DNA of 63,975 bases, filler included, from Bigelowiella natans CCMP2755 (Eukaryota; Protista; Cercozoa), in assembly GCA_000320545.1 (NCBI GenBank). It is 5 parts of 5 records of this genome, joined end to end, with 100 filler letters (N's around TTAATTAATTAA, not from the genome) between each part and the next. Parts side by side here need not be neighbours in the genome. Positions count along the whole stretch, not along the records: positions 1 to 20,994 come from ADNK01003098.1; positions 21,095 to 45,349 come from ADNK01003284.1; 3 more parts are not named here. One strand, written 5' to 3'. Made by a program: the position numbers and the translations under genes. Under the pieces are notes generated by a model. That model did no database searches, was not told the origin of the DNA, and worked only from the letters and a program-made list of their open reading frames with translations. This document shows positions 17,153 to 31,198 of this stretch, piece after piece. Within the stretch, counting starts at the first letter, position 1; each line of letters starts with the position of its first letter.

Positions 17153-19292
17153 TCCTGCAGTTCATGAATTTAGATGATACTACTCGATATTGCTACTTCA
17201 CTCACAACTCCTCTCATACACAAGCCCCCCCCCCCCCCCCCCCCAAAAAAAAGTAAGGGGACACAGTGGACACATGAATTTGCGTCATTTTCTTGTTAAA
17301 TTCGTTGAATCACCATCGTCTGTGCGAAGAACTCGCTGGATACCCTCTTCCTCAGTCACCTGATGCAAACATCTGACTCAAAATATGAACACTGATGAGG
17401 TGTTGGAGCAGAAGTTCCAGAGTACACCATAGCACAATCCACAGGCTATGGGAATGTAAGAGGGCAATTCAGGCTTGTTATGGGTCCGTTTTAAAAGCCT
17501 CACATACAAGCCCTCCTCCTTGCAAAGGGGCAGATGCTTTTCCTTTCGAAGATGGTGAACTACTAAATTCAGGACTCACCCGCTGGATGACGACAGCGCC
17601 AGGGCAGTATTCCATCTTGCAAATTATGCTGGCCTCTGCCCGAGATGTTTCCAGACGGTCAAAGCAGGGCGGGGAACGTTGTTGATGGCATGGTGTTGAT
17701 TGAGGCAGGTTGATGTCTCTAACCAATGCCTCCTGCTGCCCTCTTCTCTGGCTCAGCTGCCAAACCCTAAAATAGGGCTAATTTAATTTTCTGGGCAATT
17801 TTTATCCTTTTCCGCTTTCTTTCCTTGTGAACATACGATAGTAACGGGGATTTTTTGGTTTGCATGAACCGCCCTACAAAAGGCAAACGTCTTGGGAAGA
17901 ACATTGGCATTTTATTGTAGAAATTGTTTAAACTTTGATAAAAAGTTTTTTTTTACCTTCTTATCTGGGAGTTCTCTCATTTTTTTGTACATTTAGACAT
18001 CTGAAATTGAGTTTGTCATCCAGCTTTAAAGGAGCACCTTATTCGTATCTGAGGCATTCACTCAGTTAGACCTTTATTAAGACAATTGTACCTCTTCTTT
18101 TTTTAAAATATTATTTATGATTTTGGTGATAATGACCATTTTATGTTGTCGTATATATATGTATGAGTAATAATTTAAAATATCATTATGAAGGAAAGGG
18201 TAGTCGTAATTTCTTTATCTTTAAATGTTATGTACCTGTCTTCCCCTACCCGGCCAAATAATGTACATACCTCTCTTTCAGCCTAATAACAATCGGAGAA
18301 ATTTGAAATAATCCGTAAATTCCTTTCTCCCGTTACAAAGAAATTTCGACTTCGTAGTCGCTATATTTGTCGAATGAAAGGAACGATAGAATTTTTAGCA
18401 AATAAATTTGAGTAATTTAAGACACATTCGGCGTTTAGATTAACAGCTTTTCATGGAAAATGCTCAAAACACCGATCTCAGACGTTTCTGAGATATTTTT
18501 TCCCATTTTTACCATAAAAGTAAATTAGTAGAAACAACGGTACTATTTTCCAAGGCTTTTCATCCTTTTCATCATCTACCAACTCTCGTAGGTCTAGATC
18601 TAGGACTTCTTAATAATAATCAACAATTTTATTCTCCATACAAATGTATTAGATATACCGGAGGCTCACGAGAGATTGTACAGAATAGTCTCGCTACGTC
18701 GCCACTTTAATTATGTTTTAAATGATCACAAAGAAAAACTCTGCGTCTCATGTATTTCCATGTCGTAAGTAAAAAAAGAAAACAAATTATAAGCAATTGC
18801 GACATCCAAATAGTCTTGTCGTAGGCACTAGACACATGTGAGAATTCAATTTTAAGAGTGGGATCCTATGGCTACCGGTCGGTTCCGAGGAGAAGGCCAG
18901 CAAGTTGCGAACCCGGTTGCTGGAAGTGATGGAGACATGATGGAATGATTTTGACATATGACGACGGAAATAGTTCTAATAATAGGGTGGAAGTGGGCGG
19001 CAGTACCAATTTGTAGATAACTTTGGCACAGAGCGGAGCGTCGTATCAAAAATATAGACGCATCTCTGGGAATAAATTCACTTAATAATATTGAGCTTTA
19101 TTCGAATTGAATTTTGGTTTTGTCGAATGCGAACGGAGGTCGTAGGGTTGAACACGCTCCAATAAAGTTAAATACTATAATTCAGCGCCGGCGCCATGAA
19201 AAGCCGATGCTAATTGAGTTCCTCAACTCCGCGGCCAAAGTAAAAAAGAAGAACGCAAAGGTTTTGGCGTACACAAATACGTGATATGTAAG

Positions 19293-19382
<90 letters not shown>

Positions 19383-19599
19383 TGATTATAATTACATACT
19401 AGAAGCAGATAACGATAACTTCGGAAAATCGCGAGGAGCAAAAATCGAATGACAGAAAAAAGCGCAAGAGGAAAATTAAAAAAATGGTACTAATAAGCGT
19501 CTCATCTGCCCACCAGATGTTATGTTAGTTATCACCACATTATCAGTACTGTGAGCTCAATCACGATACGAAAACGAATTTCCCATCCAGGTGGACCCC

Positions 19600-20688
19600 A
19601 TGACGGGCGCGAGGGGGCTGAACTTGGATGAACCCACAACCAAGCAAAGTAAAAAGAATAAGCGAAGAAGGACGAGAAAATCAGAACTACCGAAGGAGGA
19701 GGAGGAGGAGGAGGAGGAGGAGGAGGAGGAGGAGGAGGAGGAGAAAGAGGAGGACGAAAAAAGAGGACAGTTAAAGATGGATAGACTAAAAGTTGACGAT
19801 CCAAAGATGGATGGAAAGTTCGAAAAGGAGAAGAAGAGGAAGAAGAAGAAGCCGAAGAAGATGAAGACAAAAACGACGAAGAAGAAGGAAACGAAGCTGA
19901 AAAAGAACAACAAGAAAGTGTCGGAGGAACAGCATTCAAAGACGACGACGACGACGACGACGACGACGATGGCTATGGCTATGGATAAATGCTCGCCAAA
20001 GAAAAAGAATAAGAAAAAAAAGAAGAAAAAAAAGGATGAAAAGGAGCAGACTCGCAAAATAATCAAGTCGAAATGTAGGATAAATGGGGAAGATGTAGTA
20101 GACGATGGAAAGACTCAGAATTGTAACAATAGTAGTGTCATCATCATCGAAGATACCAAGAAAGGCCATAAGAAAAATGTGAAAGACACGAAGAAGAGGA
20201 CTACGGTAAAAGCAACAAAGGCAGTAGAGAAAGCAGAGAAATCCAAGAAACGAAGGAGAAAGAGCAATGCAATGTTATCATCGTCGCTACAAAAACCACA
20301 AATAGCACCAGCACCACTTCCAAGGCTCAAATCCTCGCAGAAATACCTAGCGACGTGTGGGCGAGGTGGGTATATTGATGATGATGATGAAGATGATATA
20401 TTGTTGATGCCATGGTCTCATTTAACTTGCAGCGGCAATGTACTATATCGTCGTTTTGGTAGTATGTTTCGATAGCAGCATCTTGCTTTTCTGTCGCACC
20501 TTATAGTTGCACAACTCTACCACACCCACAGTATTTTGTGTATCTTCATCATCATCATCATCTTCTTCTTCTTCTTCTTCTTCTTCTTCTTCTTCCCCAT
20601 CTCTCTTCTGATGGCGACAGGCATGCATAGCTACGTGGCCGAGGAGCTCAAAGAAAGGTTTGACCTATACTCTGAATCGAATGAAGGT
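19600..20688 (+). CDS. Lys/Glu-rich protein, probably the N-terminal part of a THUMP-domain RNA-modification enzyme (truncated by contig gap)
   Basis: A long K/E-rich exon splices (G|gt...ag|GC) to give KYLATCGRGMHSYVAEELKERFDL. This resembles the T-x-x-x-G-L-E-x-x-x-x-x-E-L start of THUMPD2/3 and Trm14-type proteins. Confidence 0.5.
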
Positions 20689-20769
20689 AGTAGGACTACA
20701 TGCTGCATTCAAGAACGATGGTGGTGATGGGGAACTCTATAATGATGATGGTGATTATTAGTATTATCA

Positions 20770-20816
<47 letters not shown>

Positions 20817-20839
20817 CAGTGGTGCCGTTCACTATATAA

Positions 20840-20932
<93 letters not shown>

Positions 20933-20994
20933 AGCTATAAAGAAAAACGCGCGGGGGGGGGGGGGGGGGGGGACTCGAGTGAGAGAGAGAGAGC

Positions 20995-21094
20995 NNNNNN
21001 NNNNNNNNNNNNNNNNNNNNNNNNNNNNNNNNNNNNNNTTAATTAATTAANNNNNNNNNNNNNNNNNNNNNNNNNNNNNNNNNNNNNNNNNNNN
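20995..21094. other. Artificial contig linker (44 N + TTAATTAATTAA + 44 N)
   Basis: The same six-frame-stop linker occurs at all four gaps. Confidence 0.95.
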
Positions 21095-21096
21095 CT

Positions 21097-21132
<36 letters not shown>

Positions 21133-22074
21133 GAATGTCTTTTGCCTCTATCGAAGCAGGTCCTGCAGCATAACCCTTGACGATGATGGTGGTGGCAATG
21201 AATGGATCAGCACAATGAATGAGAATTAAATTAGTCTCTATCTTCGTCAAACAAACGAATATAAATATAAATAATGTAATATTATATACATATATAATGT
21301 GTGTGTGTGTGTGTGTGCGTGTGTGTGTGTGCGTGTATATTTATACCCTGCTCGCAGGAGAATCGACCTGATTGGGAGGCGCAATAGGTAGCGCTTGAAC
21401 GATCGTAGTTCCTGCTCGCATGCCCTGCTTCCATGCAGCATATAAATGATATAATATATACATAGAGAAGGAGAGAGAGAGAGAGAGAAAGAGAGAGATT
21501 AATATATACATTGTTGTATATAGCTCTCACTATAACACCTTCCTTCTTGAAGATGACGGCATATTAGGATCCATTTTTTGAATCGATGATGACCCTTGTA
21601 AATAATATAATAATGATACAGCCGATTATTTGCATGCGCATATTCTTCTCTATTTCTGAGACTAATATTTATGAATCCTCAAATTATGGTTCTCATAATT
21701 GTTTTTCAGGTGTCGGTCACGCATGAACACCGATGGTCTACCTGCTTCAACCGGGGGGGGAGGAGAAATCGTATGAATAACGGCTGGATTCTTGTCCGCC
21801 TCCACAAGGGAATAAGGGGAGTCCGATTGGGGGTGCTTCCTGTGTAGTTTTTATCATAATGTTATCGCGACTGCTGCGTAATTCCTGTGTAGTTTTTATC
21901 ATAGTGTTATCGCAACTGCTGCATAATTTTCCAAGTGATGCCCCCCCTCTTTTTCGCTTTACCTTGGATTCAAAGCCCTCATGAATATCAACCATGCGGC
22001 CACCTGGACAAGTAGTACCGCTAGTAGAAAACCAAAAACGCCCCTGCAAGTGCACATGATACAGCAGAATTTAT

Positions 22075-22198
22075 AGTCGATGGTGTTTGTTGTGTGAACA
22101 GTAGTAGGTAGCTCTTGCTTGGAGGAGGGCTTATTCAGTCGATGGTGTTGTGTGAACAGTAGTAGGTAGCTCTTGCTTGCTTGGAGGAGGGCTTATTC
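22075..22198. repeat. ~60-bp direct tandem duplication
   Basis: agtcgatggtgtt(tgt)tgtgtgaacagtagtaggtagctcttgctt(gctt)ggaggagggcttattc occurs twice. Confidence 0.8.
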
Positions 22199-23040
22199 GA
22201 AAAGGGGTGGGTGGGTGGGTGGGTAGCAGCAGAAAAACTCAATAGAATTTACAAACCGTTGAGATAATGCCGTTCCCTTCCTCCGACTGCCACCGACCTC
22301 GCCTCTGCGGCGCTGCTGGTGCCGACGCTGCTTCATGTAGGCTTGATGATGATCATTTTTGAGAGGGGGCCAGCGTGTACAACTTCGGGATTTGCGGTTG
22401 CGATGTTTTCTGCAGTGATTTCAGTACTAAATTGGGCCATTTGAATCCAGGAATTTAAAGTCGTAATAATGCAAAGGTTTTGTGATGGTGCGACAACGAA
22501 AAGATAAGCGATTTCTTCTCGAATCGCCTAGAGCCGATGATGATGATGATGATGATGATGAATGATGATGGTGATGGTGATGGTGATGATGGTATTCATC
22601 ATTTCAACAGAAAGCTCCTCGCTCTACTGCAATCATCAAATCGAGGCCACGTGAACCTACTTCTGGAACCTGGTTCTGGAAAGATCAAACCGCTAATCTA
22701 ATACATGATGCAGATCTTCGTTGATTATTGTGGTAAGCGGTTTGTCCAAGAAAAGTAAGGTATCTTTTAGTAGCACTGTCTTTCTTTTTCTTTGGGGCTA
22801 GAGACGGATAGAATGCCTTTCGATCGTTGAAATTGGAATCCATTTATCATGATAAAGTTATTCCTACCTTATCGTTGAAATTGAAAACCATTAAACATGC
22901 TTAAGTTATTACTACCCTACTACATATAAAAGTCACTTGGGTTTTTATTAACTATTACTGTAATATCTACTGTGACCATTGCCACCATTGTTGTTTCATT
23001 CGCACATTTTCACTACTTTGTTATCTCCTCTAATCCATAG

Positions 23041-23278
23041 GGGAAGAATAGCATATACATTATGAAGACGATTACAAAGATACCATGGGCATGGTGTGCG
23101 CCAGGAAGAGTTTAGCCAGAAGTCCGACATCTGGATGTTTGGTGTCACCGTTTGGGAGATATTGACCAAAGGGAGATGTCCGAACAAGAAGCTGTTAAGC
23201 CTTCAACGCTTCAAAAACGAGCTTCAAAAGGGACGGATGCCCCCTAAGGTTTTCAATCGATGGTGATTATGATGATGG

Positions 23279-23311
<33 letters not shown>

Positions 23312-23420
23312 ATTCTCTAATAGCTCCCCATGTAGTTTGTTTTCTGGGCATTTAGATTCCTGACGGCCCTCTGCGATCGAAGGAGTTGTCTCTGTGTTTT
23401 CAATTCGAAGTCAAGGTGTT
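23041..23420 (+). pseudogene. Tyrosine-kinase C-lobe fragment with frameshift
   Basis: IYIMKTITKIPWAWCAP, then +1 frame EEFSQKSDIWMFGVTVWEILTKGRCP...GRMPPK|IPDG...CFQFE. The APE glutamate and following residues are missing. Confidence 0.75.
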
Positions 23421-23466
23421 GAAGCTTTTGTTTTTATTTTGTACAATCTTTCTCCTTTTCAGTTGT

Positions 23467-23587
23467 GTATCGTATTTCTTTTTTTTTATAGACTTGCTAT
23501 CCCTAATGTATCGTATTTCTTTTTTTTTTATAGACTTGCTATCCCTAATGTATCGTATTTCTTTTTTTGTAGACTTGCTATCTCCCT
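23467..23587. repeat. ~41-bp tandem repeat, 3 copies
   Basis: gtatcgtatttcttttttttt(a/g)tagacttgctatc(c)ctaa repeated three times. Confidence 0.8.
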
Positions 23588-25289
23588 AAATATAGACATG
23601 CGTAATCGCACGTTGTTTGTATCTGTGAGAGAGAGAGAGAGAGAAGGAGAGAGCGTGTGTATTGTTGTGTCTATTATGGCTGGATGACTGTGATTTTCGC
23701 CTATCATCTATATTCTCTCCATTTGTTCTATTTCTGTGATTCTTCTTTCCCTTTTTTCTCTCTCTCCAAATATCAAATATTACATACGGTTAATATTCGG
23801 ACATATATCATCCAACATTCTTGGTGATTTATCTGTATATGTATGCACATCGTGCGCAAGAAAGTTTTTCGTGAGAACAAATGCGATGATGCACATACAC
23901 CTTAGAAATCCACGCAGCAGAAATACAGTAGTCAAAAGCCAGTGACTTCTTGAAGCAAGCATGATGTTGTCAACTTAAGCAAGACGATCAGTACCAGCGG
24001 AAACAAAAAATGGGCGAAAGGCATCAAGGTGCTCTTGTTCCAACAGCATCATTATGTGTAGTTTGTTTGTAACTATTTGCCAAGAGAAGAGCCGAAACTA
24101 AAATCTAGCATTGCAAGTTTGTTTACTCGTCTCCTTGTTCATGTCTTTGTTCGGTCTGCAAACCGACTTGTGATGGTCTTAAGATCGTTCCTGTGCATGA
24201 TCTTGAGTGCTCGGTGCTGCTGGAACACCAAAGTCGAGCATCTCGTTGAGTTAGGAGTTCCAGAGTTGCATGCCACCAGCCTTCTTAAGAAGTTGCAAAA
24301 GGGGACACAGGGAGAGCGTCTCCAACGACGCAAAGGTTGTTACGCCACTCCACGAAAGGACGGTTTCCCACACTTCAATGAGCGGGAACCCGGTGCCTCT
24401 GGAAAGTGTGCCGTTTGATTTCTAGTCGAACCGGAGTTCATTGGGTGACAGGCGATGAGCATGGAGATGTCATTGTTGATGCAACGGTGAGGGGAGTTGT
24501 TTGCAAATTTGTGTGCAGATGCTTTGCCATCCATAGTTGTTTCATCCATGCGAATGTGATCTCCTGACACTCCATGACATTTTCTTCCCTTGCTCACATG
24601 GTGTTATCGTTTTGGCATCCATTCTTCACATCAGCGGCGTCCTTATCTGCGTCGGCACTGATTCAAAATGCCGCTAGCTGCTAGAGCTGGTTGGAGAAAA
24701 CGAGGAGGACCATTGTCACATGAAGAAGAGATGCGTCGGTTGCAATCCTGATGCGTGAGATTGTTGTGACTGGCGGTGTCGTGTCACTGCGAGCACGTGA
24801 AAAACGTTGTGCCACACACACATGTCTAGAATGTGCATCACATGAACTGCATCGACTGTTGACATGCACGTGCTCTTTCAAATGGGCAACTCGTCATGTT
24901 TGGTCATTTTTCACATGTCCCAAGTGTGACGGCGAACATGCGCACAACGTTTATGACACCTGTGAAATGTCTCTGATGCACAACAATGTGTCTATTGTGG
25001 TCCTGCATGGGCACACGTTCTAGCGTTCTGGTGTGCACGAATTCAGTGAGACTACGCACATCACAGTGCACAAATGGCATGCAAATGCAACTGTCGCGCG
25101 TGGCGGCGTTTATTCCCCACACGACTGCTTCGACTGGTCAAGCTTTTGTTTCGTCTGGCAGTGATGCATTGTCGCCCACGTACAATGGCATTCCAAACAC
25201 CCTCATTTTCATACACATGTGCACGCTGAAGATCCAACATCAATGCCTATCTAGCATCTTTGATGATCATAACTCATCGAGTGAATGAT

Positions 25290-26267
25290 TCATGTGACTG
25301 CATTGTTGCCGTCATAGAAGTCATTGGCTTGACGGCTGATGTTTATGTCATCTATGGTGTCACCTTCCACCGTGACCTCATCTAGTGTCAAGCGACGAGA
25401 AGTAGTTAAATACCTTTCATGGTTCTTCTCCTCCACATCACGATTGTTATAAGCCAGTGTTTGATTCCCAGCGAGATTATCCGAAGAATCAATTTCTGTT
25501 TTCATGAAGTTCTTGATGAAAGCAGGCAAAATAGATCCTGTTCTTCCTTCGCCCCCCCTCCCGACGCTTGAGGCCCGTGTACCCTTAGATGCTGCTGATG
25601 CGGCTCTAACTTCAGTCGGTGCTACCCTTAATGCTAATACATTAGCGTTCGGATTAGTGGGCATTTATTATTTCATTTATGAAGGTAAACGTTCGTATAG
25701 GTGTAAATGCAAGCATGAGTCGGTGTTAAGAGGTGGTGATGGTAGTGATAATTGTGGTGGTATGATGTGCCTTGCTGTGGAATCTGCGAAACACGTCTTG
25801 AGCGATCTAAAAAAAAATGAATGAAGGTAAACGTAAGTGCGCTGGTGATAATGAAGACTGCATAAAGGAAACGACCATCATCACTGCAATAAAAAAATAC
25901 GACGAAAGAGAAGAAAACAAACAGAAAGAACGAAACAATTGTGTTGCCAGTCAGTGAGCAATTACGTCTTTCATGCTTCCCAAGCTTAGACAATTTCCGA
26001 GAATGGCGAGGTCTGCGATTTGTAGCTGTTATAAAGCTTGATCTCTACTCGCTAGATGCTCTCGTTACGGTGCAACGTAACAAAAGCGGGCATTATAAGG
26101 GGCGACGCTTCGTCAGCCTACATGCAAGCATCGATGTTAAATACCTCAGCGGTCCGGAACCAAGTCTTCGGTGTGCCACTTTGCCCGCAGGTCTAATCAT
26201 CATCAATTATGCGCTCGATTACGTTGTAGGAGAGGTGATTAGGATAGATAATGAAAATGTCAGAAAG

Positions 26268-26316
<49 letters not shown>

Positions 26317-26595
26317 AATATAGCGCTAGAGAGCTCCTACGACGATGATGCGCATGATAATGCCCTTTGTGTCTCCAATGATGACGACTTCCCTTAGTAC
26401 TCCCATTAGTACTCCCATTAGTATCATGGTAGAACTGCCCCGAATGCGAAAGATGTCAGTTTCAACGGAAATGATAGAAGAACTGTTGTAATCACACGAC
26501 GGGAATGCCCGCATTTCTGGTTTAAGTTCCCTATGCACCGCAGATTTCAGTTTCCTTGTTTTTATGATAATATACTTACATATAGACATTTGGAT

Positions 26596-26635
<40 letters not shown>

Positions 26636-27148
26636 TCATGTATCATTCGGAATTACTTCCTGATTTTGGCCAATCAGTTTGCAAATGTTGTACAACTGAT
26701 CGAGGTACATGTTACGAGTATTGGTGGATCCTTGCACCGTCGATGCCTAAGAAGAGAAAGCAATGGCAATAACGATAAGAGGAAAGGTTACGTAAAAATT
26801 AGGTTGGTGAGAAGTACGAATAATACATGGAAATAATATTAGGTTGGTGAGAGGTACGAATAATACATGGAAATAATATTAGGTTGGTGAGATGTACGAA
26901 TAATACATGGAAATAATCATGAAACACACACATCTAATAGCATTAAGATTCCAATGATTGTTGCTTTTGCACTTCCGCGATATTTTCATTACTTTGAACA
27001 GCTTGGCTCCAGCTCCTAGCGCGGCAGATGCAAGGTTCACGCGAAAGAGTAACGTACGAAGCTCGGCTGTCGCAAAAGAGAGTGGTGATGAAGGCATTGT
27101 TTTTGGATGCTTCTTTCGCGATTTAGAGGCGTTCTCATCAATGTCGGC

Positions 27149-27179
<31 letters not shown>

Positions 27180-28898
27180 GTTGTCGTCGTTATCTTAAAA
27201 AAATCCATAAATTTTGGGTGAGGGCATTAGAAACAACCGCTCCCTCCTTGGCCCCCCCGTTTTATTCTTCTTCTAACCTTCTTCTGCGAAAGATATAATC
27301 GCGACTGCGAGTCCTAAAACTGGGATATTCTGAAAGGCCAGCGTCACGGTCTAAGACATACGCACAAACAACAACAACAACAACAACATCATCCACTACC
27401 GAGGGTGTACAGGACGACCAAGGCACTCAGCAAGTACCACCCGCTAAATTGGGTGGATTCGAAGAGGGAGGGTATTATCTCAATTTTCGTTATGATATCA
27501 TACATCTGGACGGAGTTGCTTTAGTTCGCGTCCCACCCTTTGAATCGTTTTAACAAGGACCAAAGCGTCCTTCGCCTGTGCAAAAGTGGTGATTCGAAAA
27601 TTTATTCACTCAATATTTGCTACTGCTGAATTGACCGTCAGCATCCACCAGCAGGTGAAAAGCCATAGAGATCGGCAATATCATCATCACAGTAGGAGCT
27701 TGCAAGTACCATACCTTCATATGCCTTCGCTGGGTGCTATTTTCTTTGATTTTAGAATTTATAATCTTAGCGAAAGAGGAGCAGGAGGAGGGGGAGAGTG
27801 ATATCGGAGCAAATAAGCTCATTAGCATGTATTTTACCACGTAAATACGGCACAAAATCAGCACTTTCGATCGACAAAGATGACAAAGAAGGTGAAGAGA
27901 CTGCTTTTCTTTTGTTAACACTATCAAGATCCAAGCAGAAAATGCAAGAACTGGGAACTCATTGGCGAGTGCGTGCTATTCATCTCTGAAACTACTACCC
28001 TCCAGATGTAGCTGAAGTTTGGCGAATAGTGGAGCTTATTCGGATCGCCGTGCCCACTTTTCTGTTTTAAGTTAGGTAAACGAATGATAGGTGTTAATTT
28101 CGGTACGTTCATCGCGACATCCTCTTCAAAATCATATCATTTCACATCAAACCGAGACGCAAGGAGAAAACCATGACGACGACGACGACGACGACGACGA
28201 CGATGGAGATGAGAGTTACTGTGAAGAAGCATACAACCTCTAAATGGCGAGCAAGATCTATCTTGCGGGAAAATTGGGCACCACATTTTTCACAGATGTA
28301 TATTTCCATGCAATTTTTTGAGTCCAAGTTCGTTTCACACCAGCGACATGGCCCTGTCATCAAGGATCGGAGGAAATACAGCAGTTTAAAGGATGACAGT
28401 TGTAATTAATAATAATAGCCACAAGCGCGGCCTCTCTCCCCTTCGCGATAAAACAAAGCATGCAAAAAGGTGCCGCGAAGGTGATCGCCATTCCATCTGC
28501 TGAAAAGTGTTTATGATTCAGTGAGTTCTTTACATGGTCTCTGCTGTGGGGTGTGCTTGTCGGTATCTGCAAAGGTTTTGAAAAGGCAAAGAAGAGCGTA
28601 AATCAACATCATACTATAAATAACCCCCCCCCCTAACCCCCCTCCCCTTTCTTTATCATGTATCAAACTTTTATCTTCCTCGGATCCAAACATCCAGGGC
28701 TCTTTATCCTGCTCCTTCTCCACCTTTCGAAGAAATGGTCTATCAGGATCGCAGCGACGACAGTAGTAGTAACAGGCATGGCAACATGAAATGGAAGATA
28801 TCCCCATGTGTGAAGATAATAGCATGTTCGTTGTTGTCAACAGATGGACCTTTGCGTTAAGATCTTGATGGTGATCCAGAAGCATCTGCGATAGTAGT

Positions 28899-28930
<32 letters not shown>

Positions 28931-29120
28931 CGATGAACAATTTTGGAGGGCATGGCAGCAAGTTACAAGCCGCTCGAGGAACAGCAGTCTCAGTAGTACA
29001 ACAACAACAACAACAACAACAACACTAGCAATGAGGACAATCACGCCACACTTCACACCCCCCCCCCGCTCCTGCTCTCCACTCCGCGCACATGAAGGTA
29101 AACACATAGCTCCCCATCAT

Positions 29121-29154
<34 letters not shown>

Positions 29155-30284
29155 ATTTTCATATGCATCTTGGCAACAGGAGGAAGATATTGTGAACAGG
29201 GCACATTGTATAGCCTTGCTTTCCGCTCCCAGTTCCCAGATGCCGAGAGAATGAACAATTGTCTGAGCACCTGGTGGTACGTAAGAATACAACATGAGTG
29301 CGCAAAGAAGACCGTCGTACACCGTTATTTCATATGTTCTGCCAGACCACTCCTTTGACCCAAAGCGCGTAGATCATGACCAAAAAGGAGATTGAGATGA
29401 CAGCGATGTATGGAATGAAGAAGGGCGCCAACTATGACATGTACAGCAAACGACGAAGGAGAAAGGTGATTATTGGGTTAGCATACAAATTGTAGAAATG
29501 AAGCAACACACAAAACATACATGTGTGTTGACTGCGCATAGATTCATCCAAGAGTATGATCTCTCGCATAATAAACACATGATCACTTTTCTTTATATAT
29601 GTATACATATATGTGTATGTGATCTATGCATTGTCATTACTCATGGTGATAACAAATATATATACCTGCGTTGCAGGCTGGATGACGTAGATAAACGTGA
29701 CACATAACGTTGCAAAGTCCGCCACTTGGGTTACCATTGCGATCTGATGTTACAGTAGAGTTGTTGTCGATGATGATGATGGTGATGATGACAATGCTCT
29801 ACGAGGGAAGAAGCGTTTGTTCTGAGGAACCACACACCAACATACTATTTGGGATAATAACCTAGAAAAACGGGAGAGATAATGTTGGAATGTGTGAAAA
29901 ATAAAATGATTTCCTCGCGTCATGGACGCTGCTGCTGCAGAACCAATATTGGATTGCTGTGCTGTCTTTTTTCATGGGACTTTCACTGCTGCTAGAACTA
30001 TTGAGATGTACGCCGTGCTTAGATTGCACTCACCCCGATGAAAAGGGCTTCTACGAGGACAACGAGGACGTCCGCCTCTTTTGAGCAGCACACGACCATC
30101 AAGACAGCCAATAGAATAATTCCTGGTTGGATGGGGGGGAGTTTAGGCATATACATTCGCTATTCTAATACCACACTGAACCTAACTGATAGTCAATGGA
30201 GAAGACAGCAATGATGATGGTAATAAGGATAATGATGTTCAAGAATATTACAATTCGCACGATGCGCACACTCAAAGCACAATA

Positions 30285-30330
<46 letters not shown>

Positions 30331-30756
30331 CTAACACACATCTTGCGGCAAAGAAACATTCATCATTCCGTTGTAGTCATAGGTGTATACAACCTCCTCC
30401 GACAACGAAGATATAGATCACGATACTACTCTGCGAGGATTATTGAAAAATAGTAAATTTGGCTACAATCCCAACGACGTTACCACATTCCTACACACCA
30501 CTACTACCACTACGTGCTGCAACTGTTCGTAGTAGTTTAGGTATTAATATTCGTGAAAGATGGCACTGTCAGCATAGATTCTATTGGAACTAGATCTGAC
30601 GCGCACCTCCTCTATGACTTGAATGCATGCAGAATCACGATCCTCGATTGTTCCTGTATAGCCAGCCTTGCAAGCGCACCTTCCAAAACGATGATAGATA
30701 CAGAAATGGCAACATGAAAGAGGGTACATATTATATCTTCATACATAATTATTTTT

Positions 30757-30791
<35 letters not shown>

Positions 30792-31160
30792 GAATCTGGT
30801 AGCTGCTCCTCGTCACAGACACCAAAGTATACGTAAGTCGATCGATTTTCATGTTATTACTGGGTAAGATTTTCAGCCTTCATGGGGGAGTTCGCGTTTG
30901 TCGGGCATGCCGTTGCTGAGAGACAAAGGAAGAAAACACGTTGAAGAATTCGGAACAAATTAAATATTGCACAGAACACAGCCATGTTTTATTTGTACGA
31001 ATAAAAACTGGAGTGTGGTGGCTCATTTGAGATAGAAAGGTGTAATAATAAGATCGCTAAATAGTTTCTACTAGTCATACACCTGCTGATGAACGTCTTG
31101 GACAATACGAACCCGCCTGTTGACAGAAGAGTACAGCATATATTCAAAGTAGACCCCAGC

Positions 31161-31198
<38 letters not shown>

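Noticed and set aside
20995-21094. TTAATTAATTAA palindrome recurring four times inside N-runs
   Set aside because: Artificial six-frame-stop contig linker, not biology.
26798-26917. Possible CRISPR-like array
   Set aside because: Head-to-tail 40-bp units with no unique spacers and no cas genes, in a eukaryotic intron.
29330-29332. In-frame TGA after a TM exon suggesting recoding or a pseudogene
   Set aside because: It can be placed inside a GT-AG intron, so it is no evidence for a variant genetic code.
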